A stretch of 63,132 nt of DNA, counting the filler, from Sphaerodactylus townsendi (Eukaryota), in assembly GCF_021028975.2 (NCBI RefSeq). It is 5 parts of 5 records of this genome, joined end to end, with 100 filler letters (N's around TTAATTAATTAA, not from the genome) between each part and the next. Parts side by side here need not be neighbours in the genome. Positions count along the whole stretch, not along the records: positions 1 to 26,642 come from NC_059439.1; 4 more parts are not named here. One strand, written 5' to 3'. Below are positions 1 through 11,634 of this stretch, one piece after another. Below the pieces are notes generated by a model that had not been told where the DNA came from, ran no database searches, and saw only the letters and a program-made list of their open reading frames with translations. Every line of letters begins with the position of its first letter. Positions within the stretch are counted from its first letter, which is position 1. A program made the position numbers and the translations under genes.

Positions 1-169
1 GGGGGGGGGGGGGTTTGGGAGGAGGGGGGGGTAGGNNNNNNNNNNNNNNNNNNNNNNNNNNNNNNNNNNNNNNNNNNNNNNNNNNNNNNNNNNNNNNNNN
101 NNNNNNNNNNNNNNNNNNNNNNNNNNNNNNNNNNNNNNNNNNNNNNNNNNNNNNNNNNNNNNNNNNNNN

Positions 170-340
170 TGTCTTATTTTCAGGGGATGTCTTATATTTC
201 TGTATTCTGTTCGTCAGGCATGCTTCCAAACAAAAACTTTGCTACGTCTTACTTTTGGGGAATGCCTTATATTTCGCACTTCAGCAAAACCTCTACTACG
301 TCTTATTTTCAGGGGATGTCTTATATTCAGGGAAACAGGG
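170..340. mobile_element. Tc1/mariner (Tigger/pogo-like) MITE, truncated by gap
   Basis: Same family as 7759-7991 and 37865-38096; ends ...GGGAAACAGGG followed by TA. Confidence 0.7.
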
Positions 341-824
341 TATATTTCTGCATTTTTTTATATTTAGAATCAGTCTTCGTATTTCCATTTTGGTTTGGTT
401 TGATAAATTTTACAGATGGCCAAACTTAGTGTGTTCTTGAAGGCTTTCCCAGCTGAAATCAATTGGATGTTATGTGTTTTCCAGCCTGTGAGACCGCGAT
501 CTGGCGGTTTTAGCTCCTGTTACTCCCACGTCTGTGGTTAGAATCTTTAGAGGCACGACGGAAACATGTTTTACCGTGACGTGCCTTGAAAGATGCCAGC
601 CACAGATGCGGGCGGAACCTCAGGAGATAAAACCACAAGCTCGAGGCCACATAGCCCAGAAAACCCACAATAGCCAATGGGCAAATGTACCTTATTTATG
701 GTCTGTTTCCCACTCAAGGTGAATTACACAAAGTGAGTCAATATGATTGACAAGATGGCACAATCAATAAACAATAAAGTAGGATTTGGGTTACCCAGAC
801 GGCTGAACTGAGATGCCTCTCAGG

Positions 825-1120
825 AGAAGAAGAAGAGATTTGGATTTATATCCCCCCTTTCTCTCCTGCAGGAGACTCAAAGGGGCTGACAATCTCCTTG
901 CCCTTCCCCCCTCACAACAAACACCCTGTGAGGTAGGTGGGGCTGAGAGAGCTCCAAGAAGCTGTGACTAGCCCAAGGTCACCCAGCTGGCTTGTGTGGG
1001 AGTGTACAGGCTAATCTGAATTCCCCAGATCAGCCTCCACAGCTCAGGCGGCAGAGCTGGGAATCAAACCGGTTCCTCCAGATTAGACACACGAGCTCTT
1101 AACCTCCTACGCCACTGCTG
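825..1120 (-). mobile_element. Squam3-type tRNA-derived SINE
   Basis: On - strand: box A TGGCGTAGGAGG, box B GGTTTGATTCC, (TCT)n tail; many near-identical copies in window. Confidence 0.85.
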
Positions 1121-1267
1121 CAGGGAAACACATTTGGGAGAAAAGGGCACGGCCACAGAGCTCAGCTTCCAAGCCAAAATGGTACAAATAAGTCAGCAAC
1201 TGGAAGGATCACACAAGGAGGACACAGCAATATGGGAGCACAACTCCTCTGAGCTGCCGAACAGTAC

Positions 1268-4200
1268 CTAGAGTTGGGGTGCTGGGCCTGCTCGTGACTG
1301 CTCCGACGCTCAGTCGTGGCACGGTTATCCTTCCAGCGGAGGAAGAGACCTGGGAAAAGGCCAACAGGGTGCAGTGGTTAGAGCATCGGACTAGGATCTG
1401 CCATGACTGAAATGGCTCTGTCCCAGAATGATGTGGTAGCTAGAAGGCTGGACTAGGATCTAGGACAGTGATGGCGAACCTTTTTGAGACCGAGTGCCCA
1501 AATTGCAACCCAAACCCCACTTATTTATCGCAAAGTGCCAACCCGGCAATTTAACCTGAATGCTGAGGTTTTAGTTTTCGTTTAGAAAAAAACGGTTGGC
1601 TCCCTCTTCCTCTGCCCCACCCGCTTGAAAAGGGGCCAGCCTGCTCTAGCCTCCAGAAAGTCCCGCGTGCACCTCTCTGTGCCTCTCTAGCATCTCTGCC
1701 TCCTCTGCACTGATGACCCCCCCCCCCCCGGCAGCAGCCACCCAGAGCACAGGCACCAGGTCCGCCAGCCGAGTCCTCCCTGCTCACCGCGATGCACGCA
1801 CGTCATGCTCAGTGGCCCAGGCCAGCCTAGGTGTGTGTGTGTGGGGGGGTGGTGGTGACGAAATCTGTGTTCGCGAGCCCACAGAGAGGGTTTCGAGTGC
1901 CACCTCTGGCATCCGTGCCACAGGTTCACCATCACTGATCTAGGAGACCCAGGTTCGAACCCACACTCTGCCATGGAAGCCTGCAGGACGACTTGGGGTC
2001 AGTCACACACGCTCAGCTTTCTATCACTGCTGAGAGCAGCTTTTGGGCCAGCTACCAGCTTGGCAGGAAAGTTCTGCTCAGCTGGACAACGGGACCATCC
2101 CACAGACCAAGGACACAAATACACACACACACACTCCAATTCCAGTTCCCACCTTTTTCTGCAAGGACTTCAGTTTGTAGTTGGGCGCTGTCAGGCAGTA
2201 CCTATCTGGGGGCAGCCGGGGGCCCGAGTATGGCTTAATTAGCGGCAGCGGCATCTGGTTCTTCTGCCGGGCAATGTCCAGCAAAAACTGGGAAAAGAGA
2301 CGCTGGATTAATTCACACTTTGTCCACTCCACAGCTTTGAATCACACCTTCCTAAAGTCTAGGCCTGTGGTGGCGAACCTTTGGCACTCCAGATGTTATG
2401 GACTACAATTCCCATCAGTCCCTGCCAGCATGGTCAATGGGCCATGCTGGCAGGGGCTGATGGGAATTGAGGTCCATAACATCTGGAGTGCCAAAGGTTC
2501 ACCACCACTGGTCTAGGCAATTGAGCACATGCAGCTCTCCTGACTCACTTCCCCACCTCCCTTCCCTCCCCGCCCGCTGAAAGTAAGCCCATAAGCTCCT
2601 CGCAGCGGGGACCTTCTCCTTTGCTGGCATTACTGTGTCGGGGTCCCCAACCTTTTCCAGCCTGTGGGCACAAAATGGGAGCCACAAAATAGCCAAAGTG
2701 CGGGCGGGTGGGAGGCAAAACAAGGCAAACATTGTGGTGGTAGCTACTACTGGAACAATGTTTCTACAATCCGCACAGCTGAGCAGATTTTCATCAGCCA
2801 ATCAGGTCCTTTCTGGGCAAGAGCCCCAGCGCTTTCTTAAAAAGGTGGGAGGACACCAAAAAAAAGTGGTGGATGTCACGGTGGCCACAGGCACCGTGTT
2901 GGGGACATCTATCTGTCTGTCTGCCATGTCTGTCTGTCTGTCTTTAGATTCATAGGCTGACCATTCCTAGAAAAGGACTCAGGGTGGCATTCCAAGAAAA
3001 GGACTCAGGGCGGACTCAGGATCCATAACCAGGTTAAAATACAATTAAAATATAATACAATTGCAAATACAGTTAAAGCTATGGGCTACATTCAGGAAGG
3101 GCGCTGTCTAAATCAGCGTGAACTGATCTCGTTCCCTCTCATAGCGGAAGAGCAAGCGTACATCTCTGGGAGGGGGAGAGGTGAACGACTGATCCGTCCG
3201 GCACTGGATAGCCAACCTCACATCATCCGCATCGACACTGGACTTCTTGGCATGGCTGGAATAAATTTTGGCATCTTCCAAGATAGTCGTCACGTAACCT
3301 TTCAGGAAACAAAGTCCAGAAACTTTACAATGGCTGTGTGGCCTCTTGCAGCCAGAAAACAAAGGCAGTGTGGAATAGTAGCTAGTAATAGTACACGTTG
3401 AAATATATCACAATGCAAAGAGGACTTACGGTATGCAAACTCCAGCATCTGATTTATAACCCGTGGCTCATACTCTGCAATCCCCATATCTTTCAAGATC
3501 TGGGCCATCACCTGTGCAGTCCAATAAAACAAAAAGGAAATGCTTTAAAATTCCACATCTGAGGGCAACCCCAAAGAAAAGTGGAAATCCTACACAAGGG
3601 CAATACAGCTTCTCCATCTGTATTGATGGACATTCTACAACAGCTTCTCCAGCCTACAGCATTGGTCAGAGAGGCCAGATCTCCCAGGGAGATTGTTTGG
3701 GAGGGCTTCACCAACTTCCCAAAGAAACTTAATGAACTATGTCTATGTTAACAGCTGCCTGAGTGTTAATAGCATCCAGCTGGAAGATCGAGACTTGCCC
3801 AAATATGGAAACTTGGGAAGATAAAAATAAGAGAATGTGCTACAAAGTGACGAATTTTGTAAACATAAAGTCAAAATCTGAGTTTGATGAGAAGCGGAAA
3901 GCATTTTTTTTCATTAGAGGCTGAATCAATAACAAAAACACGTTAATAGTTAAGGTTAACAAGTATTTGTTAAATTGATATACATCAATAGTTGTTAATG
4001 AAACCATTTAAGAACAGAATGTTAGATGGTATAAAAGAAGATCTCTCTCAAAGTGGTATTATGTGTATGTGTTAATTTGTTAGAATATTCAGTTGCATTC
4101 AGTTGTGTTTTAGTTTTATGGTTAGGTATTTTTCTGTTTATTATTCCAGCATTATTTTTCTTGTTTTTCTGTTTGCTATCTTCTGCTTCTGTATAATTAT

Positions 4201-4907
4201 TTAGAGAAAATAATTAAAAATATTTTTAAAGGGCTTGACCTATTTTCATGTGCAAAAGGATAGCTCAAAGTGATGTGTTGACTAATGCAAGAATGATTGG
4301 CGTATGCTGGAGCACATACAACTCTTTATCTTTGCAACTATTTTGGCTTCTGCCTTTTGCAAGCATCCTATCTGGACTGCAAACCAGACAAAGTGGATTA
4401 CCCCTCTCACCTTGGGGATGGTCTTATGGGGATGGTGGGTAGTCAAGCCCGATCCTGGGACCCTCCTTGGAAGAAGGGCCGCATCCTGTGCCAGTTCAAA
4501 GCAGCCAACCCCTCCCTTCCTGGGCACACAGCTGTTTTACCAACAGAGCTAAACTGAAGGGGATGCCCTGCCCTCTTTGTGCTGCTTGGCTCGTGTGCCC
4601 AACTTGGTCTCTTGGCATTGCACTATTGCAGGAGGGAAACACACAGATACACCCCTCCAGGGGGGCAACCCTGCAAATTCTACCAAATTCTTAGTTTCCC
4701 CCCCCAAGGCAAAAATCTTTGGCTAGTCCAGTTTTTGTGCAAGCTGCCGGACTGCACAAAGCTCTGAATCGCTCAACACCCAGCTGCAAGTTGCAAGGAC
4801 AGTCTTTGGGACCCCCACCCCACCCTGCCCTCCCCCCAGCTACCCACCTGGGCATCTTTAGGGGCGCTCTTGGGCGACGCCATCTTGCTCGCCTCCATCG
4901 CCGCCAT
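1268..4907 (-). CDS. TAF9B: TFIID subunit TAF9/TAF9B, coding exons 1-5 (4907-4848, 3511-3430, 3298-3162, 2287-2153, 1349-1268); 3' exons not found in window
   Basis: GT-AG exons with compatible phases splice to [66 protein letters not shown]...[44 protein letters not shown].../[27 protein letters not shown], the TAF9 histone fold plus conserved region; multi-exon layout is TAF9B-like. Confidence 0.95.
1466..1937. mobile_element. Non-autonomous hAT DNA transposon (in TAF9B intron 4)
   Basis: TIRs CAGTGATGGCGAACC / GGTTCACCATCACTG; 8-bp TSD ATCTAGGA both sides. Confidence 0.85.
2365..2510. mobile_element. Palindromic hAT MITE
   Basis: Near-perfect fold-back; 8-bp TSD GTCTAGGC. Confidence 0.85.
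3720..4228 (+). mobile_element. Degenerate L1-like LINE 3' end
   Basis: Remnant VLIASSWK...CP...W peptide followed by AT-rich UTR and A-rich end. Confidence 0.4.
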
Positions 4908-5400
4908 GACGCGAAAGGGCAGGAGCAGCTTCTGCCGGCCCCACTTGGCATGCGCGTTCTTTTTCCCCACCCGGACCGTTTTTGCGCATGTGCAGCGAGG
5001 AAAGTGAAGCCGACGCCGTTGCCCTTCCTTCTGCCCTCCCTCTGCTGCCTGCAATAAGTTTTTTTGGGGGTGGCAAAGCAGCAACGGGGAAGAGGTAGCA
5101 GCGCTCCCAAGGGGAGGGCGGGGAGGGGGGGCGGATAGACGAGGAAGGAAGAGCACCGTTTTGTTTGGTGCATAAGCAAGCCCCCCCCCAAAAAAAACCC
5201 CTCCCCTCCCCCACCCATTATGGCACTTTGGGGGCTGCCCCGTCCAGGAAAAAATAACAGCCGGATGCTGGTTTCGGAAGGCGCAAAGCAGCAGTGATTT
5301 ACTGGCATTTCGCACCCACTTCTCGTGCGAAGCGACTTCAAATCCAAGATTGCAGATTTGCTAGGGTGCGCGCGGGCACCGTGGCTGGCCGTTGTACCCC
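4908..5400 (-). promoter_or_regulatory. TAF9B CpG-island promoter
   Basis: CpG-rich stretch upstream of exon 1, NRF1-like TGCGCATGTGCA near 4983, GC boxes. Confidence 0.55.
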
Positions 5401-6090
5401 CCCCCCCCCCAGGTGACCAAAGAAATGTAAAAGACTGCATTGTTTTCCCATAATTAAACCACGATGAGTTGCAAAGAAAAAAAAAATCAAAGCAACAACA
5501 TACTCCCATGCACCTCCATCAGCCACCCGGATCGAGACCCCCGGTTTTCCGTATCGGGACCGGGGAATGAATGGATTCAAAAGCAGGCTGGGAAACGGAG
5601 ACACGGTTTGAGGGACCTGGGGCGGAGGCAGGGGGACTAAAGCTGTGCGATCCCCTCCTCGCGTGCAAGNNNNNNNNNNNNNNNNNNNNNNNNNNNNNNN
5701 NNNNNNNNNNNNNNNNNNNNNNNNNNNNNNNNNNNNNNNNNNNNNNNNNNNNNNNNNNNNNNNNNNNNNNNNNNNNNNNNNNNNNNNNNNNNNNNNNNNT
5801 GCTGTTGCATGATTATTTTTATACGTCTTCCACACTGTCTCCTGTGCCCAGAGTGGCTCTAAATATTTGTGGCTGCAAACTCTGGAGTTTCGAGCTCCGG
5901 AAGTTAACAGAGAAGACTCTGAATAAATATTCAAGTCGCCACAGTCCACTTCCAGCTGCTGTTCAGGGCCCACAAGGCTTTCTTAGCCACCAGGAGATAC
6001 TCTGGGTCCCTTTCCTCAGCCTTAGTCTCTCCCCCCCCCCCCCCCCCGCCCATCTCCTTTCTTGTTAACCCTTCCCTTGAACTCCACTCC

Positions 6091-6271
6091 ACAGGTAAGT
6101 TCATCTTATTTTTAACAATTATAACAAATAAATTCAGGGTCATCCGTATTAATTCAGGTAAGTATTTAGTTCATACTCTCCCATCAATTCAGCATCCTTA
6201 AGGTAATCCTTAATACGGATGACCCTGAATTTATTTGTTATAATTGTTAAAAATAAGTTGAACTTACCTGT
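6091..6271. repeat. Inverted repeat, about 62-bp arms with 57-bp spacer
   Basis: 6091-6152 is the reverse complement of 6210-6271 with one mismatch. Confidence 0.85.
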
Positions 6272-7076
6272 TGGATGTAGTCGACAAGAAATTATTGTAT
6301 TTACGACTAATGAAATATAAAAAATATGAACAATGATATAAACTCATGTATATAGATATACGTATTTGAAATATTAGTTATAGCCAGAGTGCAACAGTAG
6401 TGGTAGTTCAATTATTATTAATATATATATTTTTTAATATTGACTGTTGCACCCCCTTTTCTTATGTGAGCCAACCCAGACTACAAGCCATCGCACCTGC
6501 CGCAGATCACCCCATTTCTCCGAGAAATTCTGTAAAAGACTTATTCTGTTCATTCAAGCAGACTGCACGGTTACTGCAGGGAAGAGGCTAAAAATATTTG
6601 GACGGGGCTGCGTACTCGCCAGCCTTGGCTTCTTATCTCTGTTTCGCAATGTTTTTCATAACTACACATTCCAAGCAGCCAGATGCAACGCCTGGCCGGG
6701 ATCCAGGGCCTTCGGAAGATTCTGACCCTGAGCCCACACTTCTAAATACACTGAAATCTTAAGAAATGTTTGCAAAGGGTTGCAATGTTGGTCTGCAGCC
6801 CAGCAGCTAGACTGGAGTCCAGCAAGATTTTGGGGTGCAGTTCTCTCCCTGCTCTAGTCAATTGTGCATCGTCCCCCTGAGTCCTGAATCCCCTCTTTCC
6901 ATCTCCCCCCCCCCCAAATTGACAGCCCAAGCAGGCATGTTCCCTGCCTTATGTGCATGAAGAGCCAATAAAATGGTGGAGATACGGGACCTTTTACTTT
7001 TGCACAGAATAACAAAAATGAGAACCCTTTTGTTATTCTGTGCAGAAGTAAAAGGAGCCAGCAGGCTTCAGGGTTA

Positions 7077-7379
7077 AGAAGAAGAAGAAGAGTTTGGATT
7101 TATATCCCCCCTTTCTCTCCTGCAGGAGACTCAAAGGGGCTGACAATCTCCTTGCTCTTCCCCCCTCACAACAAACACCCTGGGAGGTAGGTGGGGCTGA
7201 GAGAGCTCCAAGAAGCTGTGACTAGCCCAAGGTCACCCAGCTGGCGTGTGTGGGAGTGTACAGGCTAATCTGAATCCCCCAGATAAGCCTCCACAGCTCT
7301 GGCGGCAGAGCTGGGAATCAAACCCGGTTCCTCCAGATTAGATACACGAGCTCTTAACCTCCTACGCCACTGCTGCTCC
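7077..7379 (-). mobile_element. Squam3-type SINE, full length
   Basis: Box A/B head and (TCT)n tail; near-identical to 825-1120. Confidence 0.85.
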
Positions 7380-7758
7380 TTAACACCAGCACATGCGCAT
7401 TTTTGCACCTACATAAACATAAACACATACATTCAGAAGGACACCTTCCTTATCAGCACTTCTTCAGACTGGATAGCCTTAGTTTCTCTTGCAGTCCAAA
7501 TTCCAGGATGTTTCTGGCAAAGCACAGGGGCCTTTCTGGCTGGCAGTGCCAAGTTCCTACTAATGTAGTTGGTTGCCTAGAAACCCAAGCCTGCTACTGA
7601 TAACAATTTTGAGTGAAAGCAGAAAAGTGCTCCGTGCACTAAGTAGAGGTGAAAGGGGATGGGGGTGGGTGGGGGGGACAACTGAAATTAAACCCAAGGA
7701 CACCCAGAACCGGTATTAGCTAATGCTGAAGTAATTCATACACTGCCTACTGATTCTA

Positions 7759-7991
7759 CCCTGTTTCCCCGAATATAAGACATCCCTTGAAAATAAGACG
7801 TAGTAGAGGTTTTGCTGAAGTGCGAAATATAAGGCATCCCCCGAAAGTAAGACGTAGCAAAGTTTTTGTTTGGAAGCATGCCCGACCAACAGAACACAGA
7901 AAAATAAGACACCCCCTGAAAATAAGACGTAGCGCATCTTTGGGAGCAAAAATTAATATAAGACACTGTCTTATTTTTGGGGGAAACACGG
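7759..7991. mobile_element. Tc1/mariner (Tigger/pogo-like) MITE
   Basis: TIRs CCCTGTTTCCCCGAA / GGGGGAAACACGG, TA TSD, internal AAAATAAGAC repeats. Confidence 0.8.
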
Positions 7992-8866
7992 TACTAAAAG
8001 TATTCATATTCAGAACATACTTTAGAATGTAATATTTCACATATTAGTTTGGAAAATATTGAAGCTGCATCTAAGAACAGTTATGCTTATATGGGACGTC
8101 TATAAATCATGCTTATCCAAGTTGCTTGTAATCCTTCCAGTCGGCCAGTTAAAGTTGAACTAGGACAAGCGGATCTGAGTTCAAGGCGAGCCTTTTTTCT
8201 TGATTACCAGCAACAATTTCCTTTTGCTGTGCTTCCTGATGCAATCCGTTTCTAATTACGCTGTTTGTATCTGCTTATGAAAAGCTGGTTTGCCTGAGGG
8301 GGTTTTTGAGAGGGAGGAACGACGCTGGTCTGGCTTGCTAGATTCGGCTCTCTCTTTCTCTTCGGAGTACACAATATTTTCTTGCATGAAAAACGAATAA
8401 AACTTTGTGTCTTCTTGGACGGCTGCTGAAAACCCCCAGCAACCAGGGAGCAAAGGTCTTCTCCTTCAATTGCCTCCTTCCTTTTTTGCAGCTGCCACTC
8501 AATTTGGATTTCCTCTTTGCATCACATTTCCCTTCTCTCCCCCCACCCCCCACCCCCACCCCCACTTCCCTTTTCTTCCCCAACTGAAGTCTTCTCAGAA
8601 GCCAAAAGTCTTCTCAGAAGCCCTGGGATTCTCTGCTGATTTCCTGTTGTTCAAAGCACAGCCATTCTAGATCATGGGAGCCTTCTAGGTTCTGCAAAAA
8701 CCCAAGACTTCCATTCCATTGCTGTTCTTTCAACGATCCCCCCTTACCTAACCATTTTTGCTGATTTTGTATGTATTTTAACTGTTTTTGGATTATTTAA
8801 AGGGTCTGTGCTTGGGAGGCGGGCTCCTTCCAAACACACATCATTGAAACAATTTTTTAAAGTGTT

Positions 8867-9193
8867 GAAGAAGAAGAAGAGGAGGAGGAGGAGTTTGGAT
8901 TCATATCCCCCCTTTCTCTCCTATAGGAGACTCAAAGGGGCTTACAATCTCCTTGCCCCCCCCCTCTCACAACAAACACCCTGTGAGGTGAGTGGTGCTG
9001 AGAGAGCTCTGAGAAGCTGCGACTAGCCCAAGGTCACCCAGCTGGCGTGTGTGGGAGTGCACAGGCTAATCTGAATTCCCCAGATCAGCCTCCACAGGTC
9101 AAGCGGCAGAGCTGGGAATCAAACCCGGTTCCTCCAGATCAGAGTGCACCTGCTCTTAGCCACTGCTCTTAGCCACTACGCCACTGCTGCTCC
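8867..9193 (-). mobile_element. Squam3-type SINE
   Basis: Same family sequence. Confidence 0.85.
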
Positions 9194-9827
9194 TGAAGTA
9201 GACACAGAAGTTTTAATGCTCTTACAATGTAGTTTGATCATGCATGTTTGTAATGTGCTGGTCAGAATGTCTGACCAGCAACTGGGAGCCCCAAGTTTGA
9301 ATCCCCACACTGCCATGGAGGTATGCTGAGTGATGTTGGGCCAGACACACTTTCTCAGCCTAATCTACCCCATAGGGTTGTTGTGGCGACAAAGTGAAGG
9401 AAAGGTGAATGGGTTCCCATTGGGGAGAATGTTGAGGTATAAGGAAGTAATTAAAGGATATAAGCTTGATAGCTGCCTTTCATGGTGGTGGGGGGGGAGG
9501 GTGAAGAGTGGTAGACTCTGATCCGGAGAACTGGGTTTGATTCTCCACTTGAGCAGTGGACTCTAATCTGGTGGGCCAGCTCCAATTCTCCCCTCTTCCA
9601 CATGAAGCCTGCTGGATGACCTCAGGCTCATCACAGTTCTCTCAGAACTCTCTCAGCCAGCATGGGGCAGTGATTAAGAGTGGTGGATTCTAATCTGGAG
9701 AACTGGGTTCGATTCCTCACTTCTCCACATGAGTGGCGGACTCTTTTATTTGGAGAACCAGGTTTGTTTACCCCTACACTCCCTCCCTGCTTCCCAAAGC
9801 TCTACTTCTTGGTGTCCTGGGGGCTAG

Positions 9828-10152
9828 GAGCAGCAGTGGCGTGAGGAGCAGTTAAGAGCTCATGGTGATCTAATCTGGGAGGAACCGGGTTTGGACTTCC
9901 CCCCCGCTTGCTGCTGCCTTGAGCTGTGGGAGGCTTATCTGGGGAATTCAGGATTAGCCTGGGCACCTCCCACACACCAGCCAGCTGGGTGGACCTTTGT
10001 GGCTAGTCACAAAGCTTCTCGGAGCTCTCTCAGCCCCACCTACCTCACAGGGTGTTTGTTGTGAGGGGGGAAGGGCAAGGAGATTGTCAGCCCCTTTGAG
10101 TCTCCTGCAGGAGAGAAAGGGGGGATATAAATCCAAACTCTTCTTCTTCTTC
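9828..10152 (+). mobile_element. Squam3-type SINE (5' half full of small insertions)
   Basis: 3' half matches the family almost exactly; 9828-10010 has dense indels. Confidence 0.8.
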
Positions 10153-10351
10153 TAGCTACAGTTCGCTCAGAACTCCCCCAGGTGTCTATGGTGACTCAGG
10201 CTAGTCCAATCTTGTAAGATCTTGAAAGCTAAGCAGGTTTGGGCCTGGTGAGTATCTGGATGAGACCAGAGTGGAAAAAACAAGGCTGTTAGTCAGAGGC
10301 AGGCAATGAAAAACCTACCTCTGAGCATCTCTTGCCTTGAAAACTCTAGGG

Positions 10352-10437
10352 CAGTGGTGGCGAACCTTTGGCACTCCTGATGTTATGGACTACAATTCCC
10401 AGATAACATCTGGAGTGCCAAAGGTTCGCCACCATGG
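10352..10437. mobile_element. Internally deleted hAT MITE
   Basis: Same TIRs as 2365-2510; TSD CTCTAGGG/CCCTAGGG. Confidence 0.75.
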
Positions 10438-10993
10438 CCCTAGGGGGATCACCATAAGTTGGCTACTACTCAGTGGGGCTTTCCACAGTCACGTGACCAA
10501 TAACAGCCATGTGACCAACCTGGAATGGCAGCAATTATTTTGGCTTTATTACTGAGGAAGGCAGCATCCTATTCTTGGTCCCAGCAGCAGCTCCCCAAAG
10601 ATGGGAAGAACATGGCGGTCTGGATCTCTTGAGAAGGAGTAGCCAAGCGCCATGCCACAGACTAGGCAGAAAGACTCAGCAGAGAGGGACTCAGATGGGT
10701 TGTTTGAGATAATCAGAGCCTTAAATAAAGATTCCAGTGAATGTATGTGTGCCTGTGGAGCAGAGGCGCACCAAGGGGGAAAAGCGTCCAGTCCACCCCG
10801 TCCTGCCCCGCCCCCACAACGCGCTCGCCACACCCCCACAGGGCCTGGTGTGTCATGCACCCCCCCATTACCCCCTTGGAGCTACGCCTCTGCTGTGGAG
10901 GGAAGTGAGACACACAGTTTTCAAACTCCCTCGCCCATCGCAAGCTCTTCCTCTGAGAGAAGCAAATTCGAGGCTGCTCATTTTGCTCAACTT

Positions 10994-10999
10994 TTTATT
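10994..10999 (-). terminator. Candidate poly(A) signal of the RT gene
   Basis: AATAAA on - strand about 640 nt after the RT stop at 11635, at the end of an AT-rich UTR-like stretch. Confidence 0.4.
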
Positions 11000-11634
11000 A
11001 TTAAGAGATTGTTTCACATTACAGTGCAAAAATGCCGTCTTTTAGGGAAAACAATTAAAAATAAGATTCGGTAAGCAAATGCCTGAGATTTTTTAAAGAA
11101 AAATTGTGCTTTTTTTTACTGCATAGATAAACAGTGCAAAATCATGTGCCGACAGCACACAACTCCAAACAAAAGGCACAGAATACAATCATATGCTAAG
11201 AATGTTGATGATGTAGAATGGAAAAGCAGTTTACCAAGCTCAAACGGTGGCGTTAGTGGCACAAGAAGAAACTTAGATGCTGGAAACATATCATGGGAAA
11301 TACAAATCATTCAAATCCAGAAGCTATATGAAAAGCAAAGGAAATACAATCCAGTGGGCACTTAATTGTAATGTTCCTTCAAAAAATGCTGATAAAATGG
11401 GATGTTGGTTGTCTCTGGGTTGTATGGCCGTGTTCTAGTAGAATTTTCTCCTGTCACCTGCATCTGTGGCTGGCCTCTTCAGAGGATCTGGTGGTAGACA
11501 GCCAGAAGCCACACAACACTCCAGTGATTCCAGCTGCGAAAGCCTTCAACAATACAATGAAAAGGGAAAGTACAATTTAAAACATAGCGTGCGCTAAAAC
11601 AAAGGGGTTATGGCACATGACTAATTTCTTCACT

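Noticed and set aside
4691-5509. 272-aa and 180-aa ORFs over TAF9B exon 1
   Set aside because: CpG-island ORFs; only 4907-4848 matches TAF9.
7300-7379. tRNA genes at SINE heads
   Set aside because: Box A/B present but attached to SINE bodies; no complete cloverleaf.
5931-8453. Possible minus-strand exons (DPEYLLVAKKALW..., EDTKFYSFFMQENIV...)
   Set aside because: No recognisable homology and no consistent exon chain.
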